The notes below the pieces were generated by a model. The model had not been told where the DNA came from, ran no database searches, and was given only the letters and a program-made list of their open reading frames with translations. 64,000 bases of DNA from Candidatus Bathyarchaeota archaeon (lineage in GTDB: Archaea > Thermoproteota > Bathyarchaeia > Bathyarchaeales > SOJC01): assembly GCA_026014805.1 (NCBI GenBank), contig JAOZHR010000016.1, positions 27,283-91,282 of the forward strand, given 5' to 3'. A program made the translations under genes and the position numbers. Positions 16,799 to 25,982 of this stretch are shown in pieces. The stretch's first letter is position 1, and each line of letters begins with the position of its first letter.

Positions 16799-17554
16799 CT
16801 ACTTGCTCGTCGTTCCCACAGCGACAATAGTGGAGTTTAGATATCTGACACCAGGGACTATTTCGAGAAAACTCTCAAGCAAATATATCACTTTGACTAA
16901 GGATGGATGGAGTTTTATCCCTGCAATCTTGAGAAGCCGTGCAACAGGGAAAGCAAAGAAGAACAACCCAACATATCTTCTAACAGCAAAATCGGCTAGA
17001 CTCAGCATTTTCCGTAAAGATTCCGGTGTGAATTGCTTTTCCCCTTTTGTATGTGCTTCCATTGGGAATAATTTCCTCCCAACCGCTGACAGAGGATTAA
17101 GCAAATTAGGTTCCATGAACATGAACTCTGAGTTGTTAACCAATACTCTTTTCAGACTGCTCCACACTTGTCCAATATCGCTAAAGTGATGCAAAATAGA
17201 TATTCCAATTATGCAATCAAAAACTGCGTCTCTAAATGGCAGTTTTGCTCCGTCGCACACGATGAATTCTGCTCTAGGGCATACAAGTTTAGCGTTTCTT
17301 GCCATGTTCGCACTTATATCTACCCCAACAATATCGAATCCCCATTTAAACAACAACAAAGAAAGCCACCCTCCACCACAGCCATAATCCAAGATCATAC
17401 TTGGCCTAGCAGCCTCAATTTCAGATTTGATCAAATCAATTTCTCTGCGCCGGATAACGTTTGGAAAAACAGCGGCATCATAGCTTTCAGTTTCGCCAGT
17501 GACAGGCGAAACCTGAGCTCTGGCATATACATTGATTTCATCTTTCACGCTCAT
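16799..17554 (-). CDS. Class I SAM-dependent methyltransferase
   Basis: Motif I ILDYGCGGGWLSLLLFKWGFDIVGVDIS. The 251-aa length is typical for the family. Confidence 0.8.
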   Translation of the reverse strand: MSVKDEINVYARAQVSPVTGETESYDAAVFPNVIRRREIDLIKSEIEAARPSMILDYGCGGGWLSLLLFKWGFDIVGVDISANMARNAKLVCPRAEFIVCDGAKLPFRDAVFDCIIGISILHHFSDIGQVWSSLKRVLVNNSEFMFMEPNLLNPLSAVGRKLFPMEAHTKGEKQFTPESLRKMLSLADFAVRRYVGLFFFAFPVARLLKIAGIKLHPSLVKVIYLLESFLEIVPGVRYLNSTIVAVGTTSK

Positions 17555-18009
17555 TGTTTTCTGACCATACTCAAGATCTTCTTCAACTCAAATCCAATCA
17601 TCTTTATCGTCAAATAATTCTCTACATGCCTTTTTCCTCGTCTACCCATCTCCATCATTCGTCCAAGATCCCCCCTCAAAGAAACGACTACTTCAGCAAG
17701 CCTCTCATGGTCGCCCGGTCTGACTACTATCCCTGATTTCGTCTCTTCCACATAATCGGCTGGTTGCCCCTCCGCACAACATATTATCGGCTTTTCCACG
17801 CCTTGATACTCATAGAGCTTTGATGACATTCCGAGATAAGGCTCACCGAAATCTTTGAGAGGAAGGATCAAAGCATCAGCTAGACTTAGTAGCCCAGCCA
17901 CTTCCTCTCTACTGAAAACCTTTTCAATTACCTTAACGTTCTTCAACTTCAGCTCCCCGATCTTTGATCTTACGGTGTCCGCAAGTTCACCTCTTCCTTG
18001 AAGAACAAA
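17551..18009 (-). repeat. Diverged direct repeat, copy 2 (3' third of the intact WbuB-like GT4 gene)
   Basis: Encodes FVLQGRGEL...IGFELKKIL, the counterpart of 16200-16673. Confidence 0.8.
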
Positions 18010-18771
18010 CTCAACTCCATCATCCTTCTCTTGTACGATTTTGGCAGCTTTGAGGACTTGCTCGAAGTCATAGGCAACTGAGAAGGCCCCAGAATAAAGG
18101 ACTCGGAACTTCTTCGCTCTACCTGCCCAGTGAGATGCGTTTGGCTTGAATACGGTCAGGTCTACGCCACCTCTTACCACATACATTTTTCTTCTTTCCA
18201 CATGATATTTTTTGGAGATGTAGTCGACGTATCCTGGGCTTATTGGCGTGATGGCTTTTGCTTTCCCATACACCATTCTTGCGACAAGTTCAGCTGCCTT
18301 CGACAGCGTAGAACCTTCCTTCATGAACTCAAGGTCATACAAATCTTTCAGCAGCAGGTCATCCACATTTGAGGTTACAGGTTTTCTCTTCATTTTACCA
18401 TAGACTAGTGCAGGAATCAAGGAGATTATGTCTGGATTTGCGGCCCATATTACATCGATTTTTCCTACGAATGGTAAAGCAAATAATGACGAAATCATAA
18501 ACGACACAAATAGGATTATTCTTCTAGCTAGACCCGTCGATTCCAATGGTAGAATAAATGTTCTTACAACTCTCATTCTTCCAAAATGTTCCACTTTAAT
18601 GGGAAGCCACCTGTACTTCTTAGGTATTTTGCCATGGGGATAATGTGGGAAAGCTGTTATTACGGTGACTCGGCATCCATTCAAAACAAGGCCTTTAGCT
18701 GCATTATATGCCCTTGTTGCAGCTCCTCCCAAATCCGGCGGGAAGTATTGCCCAATTATAAGCACATTCAA
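17551..18771 (-). CDS. Glycosyltransferase family 4, WbuB-like
   Basis: N-terminus MNVLIIGQYFPPDLGGAATRAYNAAKGLVLNGCRVTVITAFPHYP, the WbuB-type pattern. C-terminal GT-B core KLYEYQGVEKPIICCAEG. Confidence 0.8.
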   Translation of the reverse strand: MNVLIIGQYFPPDLGGAATRAYNAAKGLVLNGCRVTVITAFPHYPHGKIPKKYRWLPIKVEHFGRMRVVRTFILPLESTGLARRIILFVSFMISSLFALPFVGKIDVIWAANPDIISLIPALVYGKMKRKPVTSNVDDLLLKDLYDLEFMKEGSTLSKAAELVARMVYGKAKAITPISPGYVDYISKKYHVERRKMYVVRGGVDLTVFKPNASHWAGRAKKFRVLYSGAFSVAYDFEQVLKAAKIVQEKDDGVEFVLQGRGELADTVRSKIGELKLKNVKVIEKVFSREEVAGLLSLADALILPLKDFGEPYLGMSSKLYEYQGVEKPIICCAEGQPADYVEETKSGIVVRPGDHERLAEVVVSLRGDLGRMMEMGRRGKRHVENYLTIKMIGFELKKILSMVRKQ

Positions 18772-18833
18772 ATCAATATCTCTTACATTTCAGCCGTTTT
18801 GATTTCACTCGCAATAGAACTGGGTTCCCGAAT

Positions 18834-19997
18834 CTACCGTTTTAAAATCTTTTTCAGAAGCTTTGGCCTGTACTTATCTACGGCTTCATCAACTCGCTCC
18901 TTTGTAACTTCCAACTCGTCAAAAGTCCTCATCAACGAAGGAATCCTAGGAGCGTTATGCGAAAGACACCTCTTTAACGCTTCACCTCTGGAAAGTTGTC
19001 CTTCCCGAACAAGCTTGCTGTAATGTTCATCGAATTCCGTGAATCCAACTAGCCTATAATACAGATAATCAATCAGCGGATACATAGAGTCGTCTACCCT
19101 CCAAGTGGCTGTTGTATCAGACGCTCCTTCCCAACCTAATTCTCTGCGTACGGTTGACACGACTTCCTTTTCGTTCCAGTATATGTAGTCGTAGAAGCCT
19201 AATGGAGCAATTCCCTTTGGCTTAGAAATTGACTCAAAAAGGTAGACGTACATACCTTTCACATATTCCTTAAATACAGACCAGCGAAGATTACGCCAAT
19301 TCCTTACATATTCGAGTCCAAGAAGGACTGACAACTTAACCTTGCCATACTTGGAATACATCCCCCGCTCGTCTGGGAAAACTCCCAAAAACCCCGTCTT
19401 GAAATGTTCTTGCTCAAAACAGCTATTACCTACATTGTTTCCTCCCAAAACCAAATGTATTCCGTTTTCCTTTGCATGTCTGTATATCCGAAGGTTCATC
19501 GTCTTATCACCAGCGTTCAACACAGGAACTATTGTGTTAATTGAAGGCTTCTTGAGCCACGCATGAAACTTTATCTTCGTGTTCTTCTTTGCTGTTTTAA
19601 TCTGATTTTCATCTTTCAACCACACGTGATCCACATCCAACGCGCGTGTAGCTTTCTCTATGTTTCGATAACCTTCCGGTCTAATAGCGCCGCTATCAAC
19701 TGTCAAAGCAAGAACCCTCATCTTGTATTTCTTGACTATTTGATGCAGAACGAAGGAACTGTCCCGTCCGCCGCTTATCGGAACAAGACAATCATATTTC
19801 TCTCCTGCGTTTCTGTACGCGTCTAAAACTGTGCATAATGCCTCTTCTCCATAAACCTCAACCGGCTCATAATCTAAGCAGTAGTTGCATACACCATCCT
19901 CGTCAAATTCTATTCCTGGAAACGTTTCAGGCAAAATACACTTTGTGCACCTTATCATATCACTGAAAGTCTCTTCGAAGCCCACTGGGTCAACCAT
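18834..19997 (-). CDS. N-acetyl sugar amidotransferase (PP-loop ATPase; WbuX/LfnA/AglX/PseA type)
   Basis: N-terminal Cys cluster CTKCILPETFPGIEFDEDGVCNYC and PP-loop LVPISGGRDSS. The ORF track starts at 20033. The Met at 19997 avoids overlap with the upstream gene. Confidence 0.8.
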   Translation of the reverse strand: MVDPVGFEETFSDMIRCTKCILPETFPGIEFDEDGVCNYCLDYEPVEVYGEEALCTVLDAYRNAGEKYDCLVPISGGRDSSFVLHQIVKKYKMRVLALTVDSGAIRPEGYRNIEKATRALDVDHVWLKDENQIKTAKKNTKIKFHAWLKKPSINTIVPVLNAGDKTMNLRIYRHAKENGIHLVLGGNNVGNSCFEQEHFKTGFLGVFPDERGMYSKYGKVKLSVLLGLEYVRNWRNLRWSVFKEYVKGMYVYLFESISKPKGIAPLGFYDYIYWNEKEVVSTVRRELGWEGASDTTATWRVDDSMYPLIDYLYYRLVGFTEFDEHYSKLVREGQLSRGEALKRCLSHNAPRIPSLMRTFDELEVTKERVDEAVDKYRPKLLKKILKR

Positions 19998-20020
19998 CTG
20001 GATGCCAACTCCAAGGCTTT

Positions 20021-21016
20021 TCAATTCACACACCTCCCAATGTTATCCCAGTTCTCGCGGAACCAACCCAAAGTCTTCTCCAAACCATCACTAATTTTAG
20101 TTCTAGGCTCATAGCCCAGAATTTTTCTAGCCTTTTCTATAGAAGCTCTTCTTTTCACTACCTTGTCCCAGTTTCTTTTAGGTCCTAAAACTGTTCCAGC
20201 CTCGTTTCCCGTAAGCTCGTTAATCCAATTCGCTAAGTCGATTACTCTTGTCTCAGTTTCAGAGGCTAAGTTGATAGCTTCACCCGCCGCTTCATTAATC
20301 GTCCCCAACCTAAGCGTTCCATCAACAATATCATCAACAAAAGTGAAGTCTCTAGTCTCCTCACCAGTTCCTGTGATTGGCAAGACCTTCTTATTTAGAG
20401 CCAACCAAGTAAAATTAGGTATCACGTTCCTGTACCTGCCCGGCACCTCTCCAGGTCCATAAACATTGAAATACCGCGCGATTGCCACCGGAAGCCCATA
20501 ATAGTTGTGGAAATAGTAGCAGTAGAGCTCTCCAAGCAATTTGTGAATCTGATATGGCGTGTCAAGATGAAGTGAAACAAAATCTTCCTTTAGCGGCAGC
20601 GGGGCTTGACTGCCATAAACTGAACAGCCAGAGGACGCAAACACAAATTTTTCTACGCCAACGAGATTTGAATATTGAAGCACCTTTAAAGTGCCTTGCC
20701 CGTTAACGAGCAAGTCTGTTTCAGGGTGATCCACAGAATTTTGATTTGCAAAATGGGCCGCTAGGTGAAAAACGTATTGTGGCTTCGCGGAAAAGGCATG
20801 TTTCAAATGTTCTTCGTTCAAGATGCTTCCATGAATGAACACAAGCTTGGGATGATTCGGCAAATTCCACCTATACGAAGCTGAAAGATCATCCAAGACA
20901 ACAATTTTTTCAGCATTCGCGTCAATCAACCTTCGAACCAAATTACTTCCGATACACCCAGAGCCACCAGTAATCAATACACATTTTCCTTCATAATGGC
21001 TCATAAAAGACTCCAT
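20021..21016 (-). CDS. NAD-dependent epimerase/dehydratase (extended SDR)
   Basis: VLITGGSGCIGSNLVRRL and a YxxxK (PYQIHKLLGE). Confidence 0.8.
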   Translation of the reverse strand: MESFMSHYEGKCVLITGGSGCIGSNLVRRLIDANAEKIVVLDDLSASYRWNLPNHPKLVFIHGSILNEEHLKHAFSAKPQYVFHLAAHFANQNSVDHPETDLLVNGQGTLKVLQYSNLVGVEKFVFASSGCSVYGSQAPLPLKEDFVSLHLDTPYQIHKLLGELYCYYFHNYYGLPVAIARYFNVYGPGEVPGRYRNVIPNFTWLALNKKVLPITGTGEETRDFTFVDDIVDGTLRLGTINEAAGEAINLASETETRVIDLANWINELTGNEAGTVLGPKRNWDKVVKRRASIEKARKILGYEPRTKISDGLEKTLGWFRENWDNIGRCVN

Positions 21017-21028
21017 ACTCGCAAACTC

Positions 21029-21955
21029 CTAAACGTTATAGAACTTTCGCATCCACTTTATAGTTCGTGGGATTCCCTCTTCTAATGGCACAGTAATCTT
21101 GTGATTCAAGTCTCTTACAGCTTTAGAAGAGTCCGGCTTCTTAACCCTCGTAGTAAAAGGCTCAGCCTCTCCGTATGTAACCTTAGAGTCGCTCTTCCCA
21201 AGATTCTTCAAAATCAGGTCTGATAGATACTTAATTTCATATTGCCGTTCGCTTCCAAGATTATAGACTTCGCCTGGCTTGAAGCTGTCAATAATGTTAG
21301 CGAATGTCCTGCAAATGTCCTCTACGTACTCGAATGTCCGCTTATGACCAAGAAAAACCGTGTATAGTTGATCATGCAAAGCCTTGAAAATGAACTTAGG
21401 AACAACCCCTCTATACGGCGTATAATGCTCTCTTGGACCATAAACATTAAACAAACGGACTCTAACGGTTTCTGTTCCAAACATGCCCGCCGAATTAAGT
21501 ATCTGCAACTCATTAACCCACTTAGCTATCGCGTAATCGTTCATCTGTTTAATCGGAATCTTCTCCATAACATCCTCACTCATAACGCCATCGTAGTCAC
21601 CATAGACCTCTGCACTACCGAAAAAGATCATTCGAAACTTTTTCTTCTCCTGAAGCTTGATAACGTTTTTAGTTCCCACAGCGTTCGTAAGCCACAGGTT
21701 TTCGTAGTAGTCTTCACCGTTCCATCTGCCGTACTCTGCAGCAGCATGATAAACATAATCAAAATCATGCTTCGCAAACATACGTTCAACTTGTCTAAAC
21801 CTGCCCACATCACAACGAACATAATTCTCCATCTCTGCGTGCATAAGGTCACAAGCCCAAACATCATACCCACGTTTCTCCAATTCGGCTACTAAATTCG
21901 ACCCGATGAACCCCCGCCCACCCGTCACCAAAACCTTAACAATTGACCTAGTCAA
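21029..21955 (-). CDS. NAD-dependent epimerase/dehydratase (extended SDR)
   Basis: VLVTGGRGFIGSNLVAEL and a YxxxK (DYAIAKWVNE). Confidence 0.8.
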   Translation of the reverse strand: MTRSIVKVLVTGGRGFIGSNLVAELEKRGYDVWACDLMHAEMENYVRCDVGRFRQVERMFAKHDFDYVYHAAAEYGRWNGEDYYENLWLTNAVGTKNVIKLQEKKKFRMIFFGSAEVYGDYDGVMSEDVMEKIPIKQMNDYAIAKWVNELQILNSAGMFGTETVRVRLFNVYGPREHYTPYRGVVPKFIFKALHDQLYTVFLGHKRTFEYVEDICRTFANIIDSFKPGEVYNLGSERQYEIKYLSDLILKNLGKSDSKVTYGEAEPFTTRVKKPDSSKAVRDLNHKITVPLEEGIPRTIKWMRKFYNV

Positions 21956-23027
21956 TTTTCTCTTTTAGCACCTTAACTATTCTTTCCGCAGCGTCACCAT
22001 CACCAAACGGATTCTCCCAGTTGTTGTTGCCACTGAGCATTAACTTTGTCTTATCCACAATTTCGTAAGGATCAGTTCCAGCTAGCACGTTAGCTCCGAC
22101 CTCCAAAGTCTCAGGCCTCTCAGTATTGTACCTCAAAGTTACACACGGAACCCCTAGAATACACGCTTCCTCCTGCACGCCCCCCGAATCTGTCAAAACA
22201 AGTTTAGCATTACTCTCAAGATGCAGGAACTCCAGATAATCCAAAGGCTCGACAAACGTAACCCCATTCACCTCAACATCGAACACTCTAAGCTGCTTCT
22301 TAGCTCTAGGATGAATCGGATACACAACCTTGAAACCAAACTCTTCCTGCACCAATTCCAAACCCTTCAGAATCCCGCGGAATCTTTTCTCATTATCAAC
22401 ATTCTCTTGACGATGAACCGTGACCAAAAAGTAACCCTCATCATCAACGCCAAAATGGTTATGAATGCCATCTTTCCTCTTTGATATCTCCAAATTCTGA
22501 TAAACAGCGTCAACAACCGTGTTGCCAGTCACAAAAATCTTGTCTTCAGAAATCCCTTCACCAAGCAGTATCTGCCTAGACTTCTCAGTAGGTACAAACA
22601 ACAAATCTGAACAATGATCTGCTAAGACTCTGTTGACTTCCTCAGGCATCTCCCGGTCATAACTTCTCAAACCAGCCTCCACATGCCCAACCTTAACACC
22701 AAGCTTCGACGCAGCTAAGGCCCCAGCAAGAACAGTGTTAGTGTCACCTTCAACCAAAACACAGTCCGGCTCCTCCCTCCGAAGAACCCTCTCAATCCCA
22801 ATCAGCATCCTCCCAGTCTGCTCCCCATGAGTCCCCGACCCCACATCAAGATTATACTCTGCCTCAGGCAATTCAAGCTGCTCAAAGAAAACCCGATCCA
22901 TATTATACGAATAATGCTGCCCCGTATGAAGAACAAAATAATCCAAGCCTAAACGTTCACATTCACGAATAATAGGTGAGAACTTAATAATCTCAGGACG
23001 AGTGCCCAGAACGATAGAAATCTTCAC
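21948..23027 (-). CDS. wecB: UDP-N-acetylglucosamine 2-epimerase (non-hydrolysing type)
   Basis: MKISIVLGTRPEIIKFSPII, HTGQHYSYNMD and TDSGGVQEEA. Confidence 0.9.
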   Translation of the reverse strand: MKISIVLGTRPEIIKFSPIIRECERLGLDYFVLHTGQHYSYNMDRVFFEQLELPEAEYNLDVGSGTHGEQTGRMLIGIERVLRREEPDCVLVEGDTNTVLAGALAASKLGVKVGHVEAGLRSYDREMPEEVNRVLADHCSDLLFVPTEKSRQILLGEGISEDKIFVTGNTVVDAVYQNLEISKRKDGIHNHFGVDDEGYFLVTVHRQENVDNEKRFRGILKGLELVQEEFGFKVVYPIHPRAKKQLRVFDVEVNGVTFVEPLDYLEFLHLESNAKLVLTDSGGVQEEACILGVPCVTLRYNTERPETLEVGANVLAGTDPYEIVDKTKLMLSGNNNWENPFGDGDAAERIVKVLKEKID

Positions 23028-23359
23028 TCTTGACAGCCTTCCTTCTTAATCCTTCGACACTTGAAAATCACCGTTCCCCCACGCGTGTAAGGCTCGCCAG
23101 GATCAACGCATTGAATATACGCGTGCTCTCTATCTCCAGGCTTCGACAACCCCAACCCAACAGGATCGTCACCTCTCTCCAGCACCAACACATAATGCAA
23201 CAGCGAAGAAAGCGCGTGCACACACAAAGCATCAGTCTTTCCCAAAACTATCTCAGGATCATCAATCACTATTTTATCGCCAACCTTATGCACAGGACAG
23301 TAGCCACGTATCTCGCAAACCTCTATTTCCAGCACCAAGTCACTCTTCACGCTTTGCAT
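23024..23359 (-). CDS. Small Cys/His-rich protein, TIGR04076-like
   Basis: Pattern CEIRGYCPVHKVGDKIVI...DALCVHALSSLLHYV...IQCVDPGEPYTRGGTVIFKCRRI. The likely start is MQSVKSD at 23359. There is a 4-nt overlap with wecB. Confidence 0.45.
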   Translation of the reverse strand: MQSVKSDLVLEIEVCEIRGYCPVHKVGDKIVIDDPEIVLGKTDALCVHALSSLLHYVLVLERGDDPVGLGLSKPGDREHAYIQCVDPGEPYTRGGTVIFKCRRIKKEGCQE

Positions 23360-24314
23360 TAGTTTTTTCTGCAAGCCGCAAAATAGCATACAGCGTAATT
23401 GCAGTGGACAAGGCAAAGAACCCCATTAACATGAAGGTCATTGAAGCCAACGCTATGTTCGTAACTATTTGACGTCCTACGGAGTAGATTTGCAGCATCC
23501 AAATCCCAAAAAACATGCCTATTGCCAATAAGATGATACCAGGTACTCCAAGGAAAACTAGAGGCCTTTCCTCTACAATCAACCTTACAAGAGACCATAC
23601 AACACTTGCCCCATGCCTAAATGGATTTTGCGTCGATGTCTTCTCTACACCCGAATAATTACATTCAAGCGGAACCTCCACAAGGCGTAACCCTTGCTCC
23701 TTGGCTTTGAACAAAACCTCAACACTCACACCCATCCCATTTTCAAGAAGCAACAACTTTTCCAAAGCAGCCCTACTGTACGCCCGACAACCATTCTGAG
23801 CATCAGTGATGACGCACTTCGAGGCAGCAGTAGTCAGCTTGGTAATCGCCTTTATGCCCACCCGCCTGTAAAACGGAAGCCCATTGCCACCGTTCTTCTG
23901 CATCCCATCTAAAAACCTAGATCCTATAACCACGTCTGCCTTATCGTCAAGGATTGGTTGAATCAACAACGAGGTTTTACTAACATCATGTTGTCCATCA
24001 CCGTCAAGCGTCACCAAAATGTCCGCACTTAACCTTTTTGTTTCCTTAAACAACGACTGCACAGCAGCCCCATATCCCTTGTTAACATCATGCCTAACAA
24101 CAATAGCTCCAAGCCGCTCAGCAATCTCACCGGTCGAATCTGAAGATCCATCATCACAAACCACGACAACATCTGCATACTTCTGAGCGTCCAAAACCAC
24201 CCGCGCAATACTTCTCTCCTCATTATACGCCGGAATACCAATAGCAATCAAAGGCTTCTCAACCAACACCGCGCCTTTTTCAAATTCACCCTTGACTTCT
24301 TCCACAGTCACCAA
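23340..24314 (-). CDS. GT2 glycosyltransferase, dolichyl-phosphate hexose synthase-like (AglD/DPM1/GtrB type)
   Basis: IAIGIPAYNEERSIARVV, VVVCDDGSSDSTGEIA and VTLDGDGQHD, plus two C-terminal TM helices. Confidence 0.75.
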   Translation of the reverse strand: MVTVEEVKGEFEKGAVLVEKPLIAIGIPAYNEERSIARVVLDAQKYADVVVVCDDGSSDSTGEIAERLGAIVVRHDVNKGYGAAVQSLFKETKRLSADILVTLDGDGQHDVSKTSLLIQPILDDKADVVIGSRFLDGMQKNGGNGLPFYRRVGIKAITKLTTAASKCVITDAQNGCRAYSRAALEKLLLLENGMGVSVEVLFKAKEQGLRLVEVPLECNYSGVEKTSTQNPFRHGASVVWSLVRLIVEERPLVFLGVPGIILLAIGMFFGIWMLQIYSVGRQIVTNIALASMTFMLMGFFALSTAITLYAILRLAEKTNAKREE

Positions 24315-24320
24315 TAGCTT

Positions 24321-25982
24321 CTAACCCCCGTACTCATAAACCGAAATCCTACCAGCGCTAAAAACCTCCTCAAAGCCTTGAGGAACCTTGAAACCATACC
24401 AGCCAATGTCAGTATTCCACCACACAAGCCAAAAACGACCATAACCACGTTCAGCCGCCAAACTAACTGCACCGAAAACATCGTTCTTAAAGAACACAAT
24501 AGTATGCTGTTCATCCAGAGAAAATCTAGCCCAATAGAAGAGTGCATCATGAGCCAAAAAACAAGAACTACCATCCATCGTTACATCTACCCATCGAAAC
24601 GCCTCAACCGTACCATCCACATCGCTTAAAGGAACAGCATTAGAGAGCATAGTTGAAGGCAAATAGTTCACTGTAGTGGGAAGACCGAAAACTCCACCCC
24701 TCCCGAATAATGTTGGCGAAGTCATAAAAACGAAGCCGCAAACCACAGAAGCCAACACCAACCCCTTAGCCACTCTCTTCGAAACCTTCAACGAACCAAA
24801 ATGACGAAACGACACAGCAACAGGCTTAACCGAGTGCAAAACCCTCACAAAGCCATTAGCCGCATAATAAGTCAACGGAAACACCAACATAAGCATCAAC
24901 CTGTTCCACAAGTCCAAAGCAAAAAAGGGCAGTACCAAGCAGCCGAAGGCTCCTACGCAAAGCAGAATCATCCAAGCGTCCACCGCCGGATGTCTGAAAA
25001 AACCCACAATTGCAAGAGGAAGAATCGCGACGTACAATAACGCAAACAGCGAAGCAACAGAGGCTGCCAAATCAAGATAAGTTGGATAGTACTGAACAGT
25101 GTCAACTACGCTAAGATAGTTTGTAAAGAAACGCAGCAGCCCAGAATAATGTCCCTGACTCTGAAAGACCCTCAAAACATTCGACTGGACAACGGAGTAC
25201 CTCGGAGAAATTATTGGAAAAACACTTACGACGAAGACCCCCGCAGCTGGCAAAGTGGCCGCGAGAACCTTCAGAGCCGTACGACCTCTCGCTCTAAGCA
25301 GATGTGAAGCCGCAACACCTAAGACAGACACAAACAACAGCACTGAGCCGTACTCGTGGCTAAAAACAACTAAAACCGATAAGACGCTAAATAACGCCAA
25401 GCTTTTCAAGTCAAGTTTATCCTTCAAAATCCAAGGCAGCGTGAAAAGCAAAACTCCTAACCCCAACATGTTCCTGTAAAAATGCCACGAAATCCCAAGA
25501 ATAGCAACTTGAAACGAAAACAGCCCCGCCGCAAACAAGCTTTTCCTTGCTGACCAGTTAAAAGCCTTGGTCGCCAAATAATATACTCCACACACATTTA
25601 ACCCAAAAAGCAGCGGCATAGCTATCTTTAGCAGAAGAAACGGCTCAACCCTCAACAAACTATACCCAGACACCAACAAAGCATACAGAAGCCAACCACT
25701 GAAAACTCCGCTCCAATGAGCCCACACAACCCCCTCCTCAATCCTCCAAGCATAATAAATCGTGTCAAAGCCAATCGGATACGGATAAGACAGCAGCTCC
25801 GGAATCGCCCTAACGGCCACCCCAAATGCAAACGCCATCAACAACCCAGTTCTCACCGAAGGACGAAAAGCGGAAAGCCAATTCTCAACCCTTATCACAA
25901 CAAAACTCCCATTCTTGCTACTGATCTCAAGATGCAAAAGACCGAAGACCCTGCTCAGTTTTCTCCAATTGCGTGAAGCCAT
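24321..25982 (-). CDS. Polytopic membrane protein, GT-C-like (candidate Dol-P-sugar-dependent glycosyltransferase)
   Basis: 553 aa with at least 10 hydrophobic helices. An early loop reads YPYPIGFDTIYYAWRIEEG. The start is uncertain: the annotated ATG overlaps the upstream gene by 56 nt, and in-frame TTG/GTG codons lie further in. Confidence 0.55.
   Translation of the reverse strand: MASRNWRKLSRVFGLLHLEISSKNGSFVVIRVENWLSAFRPSVRTGLLMAFAFGVAVRAIPELLSYPYPIGFDTIYYAWRIEEGVVWAHWSGVFSGWLLYALLVSGYSLLRVEPFLLLKIAMPLLFGLNVCGVYYLATKAFNWSARKSLFAAGLFSFQVAILGISWHFYRNMLGLGVLLFTLPWILKDKLDLKSLALFSVLSVLVVFSHEYGSVLLFVSVLGVAASHLLRARGRTALKVLAATLPAAGVFVVSVFPIISPRYSVVQSNVLRVFQSQGHYSGLLRFFTNYLSVVDTVQYYPTYLDLAASVASLFALLYVAILPLAIVGFFRHPAVDAWMILLCVGAFGCLVLPFFALDLWNRLMLMLVFPLTYYAANGFVRVLHSVKPVAVSFRHFGSLKVSKRVAKGLVLASVVCGFVFMTSPTLFGRGGVFGLPTTVNYLPSTMLSNAVPLSDVDGTVEAFRWVDVTMDGSSCFLAHDALFYWARFSLDEQHTIVFFKNDVFGAVSLAAERGYGRFWLVWWNTDIGWYGFKVPQGFEEVFSAGRISVYEYGG

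Noticed and set aside
21368-21895. 175-aa plus-strand ORF, and similar long antisense ORFs (for example 32777..33259, 36055..36612, 48517..49095, 59189..59680, 61284..61706, 62046..62852)
   Set aside because: Each lies entirely antisense within a gene that has strong family motifs (SDR, FBA, phosphoesterase, kinase, aIF2-alpha, L10e/PpsA). Each also has a low-complexity composition skewed toward Ser, Leu, Arg or Pro, typical of shadow frames.
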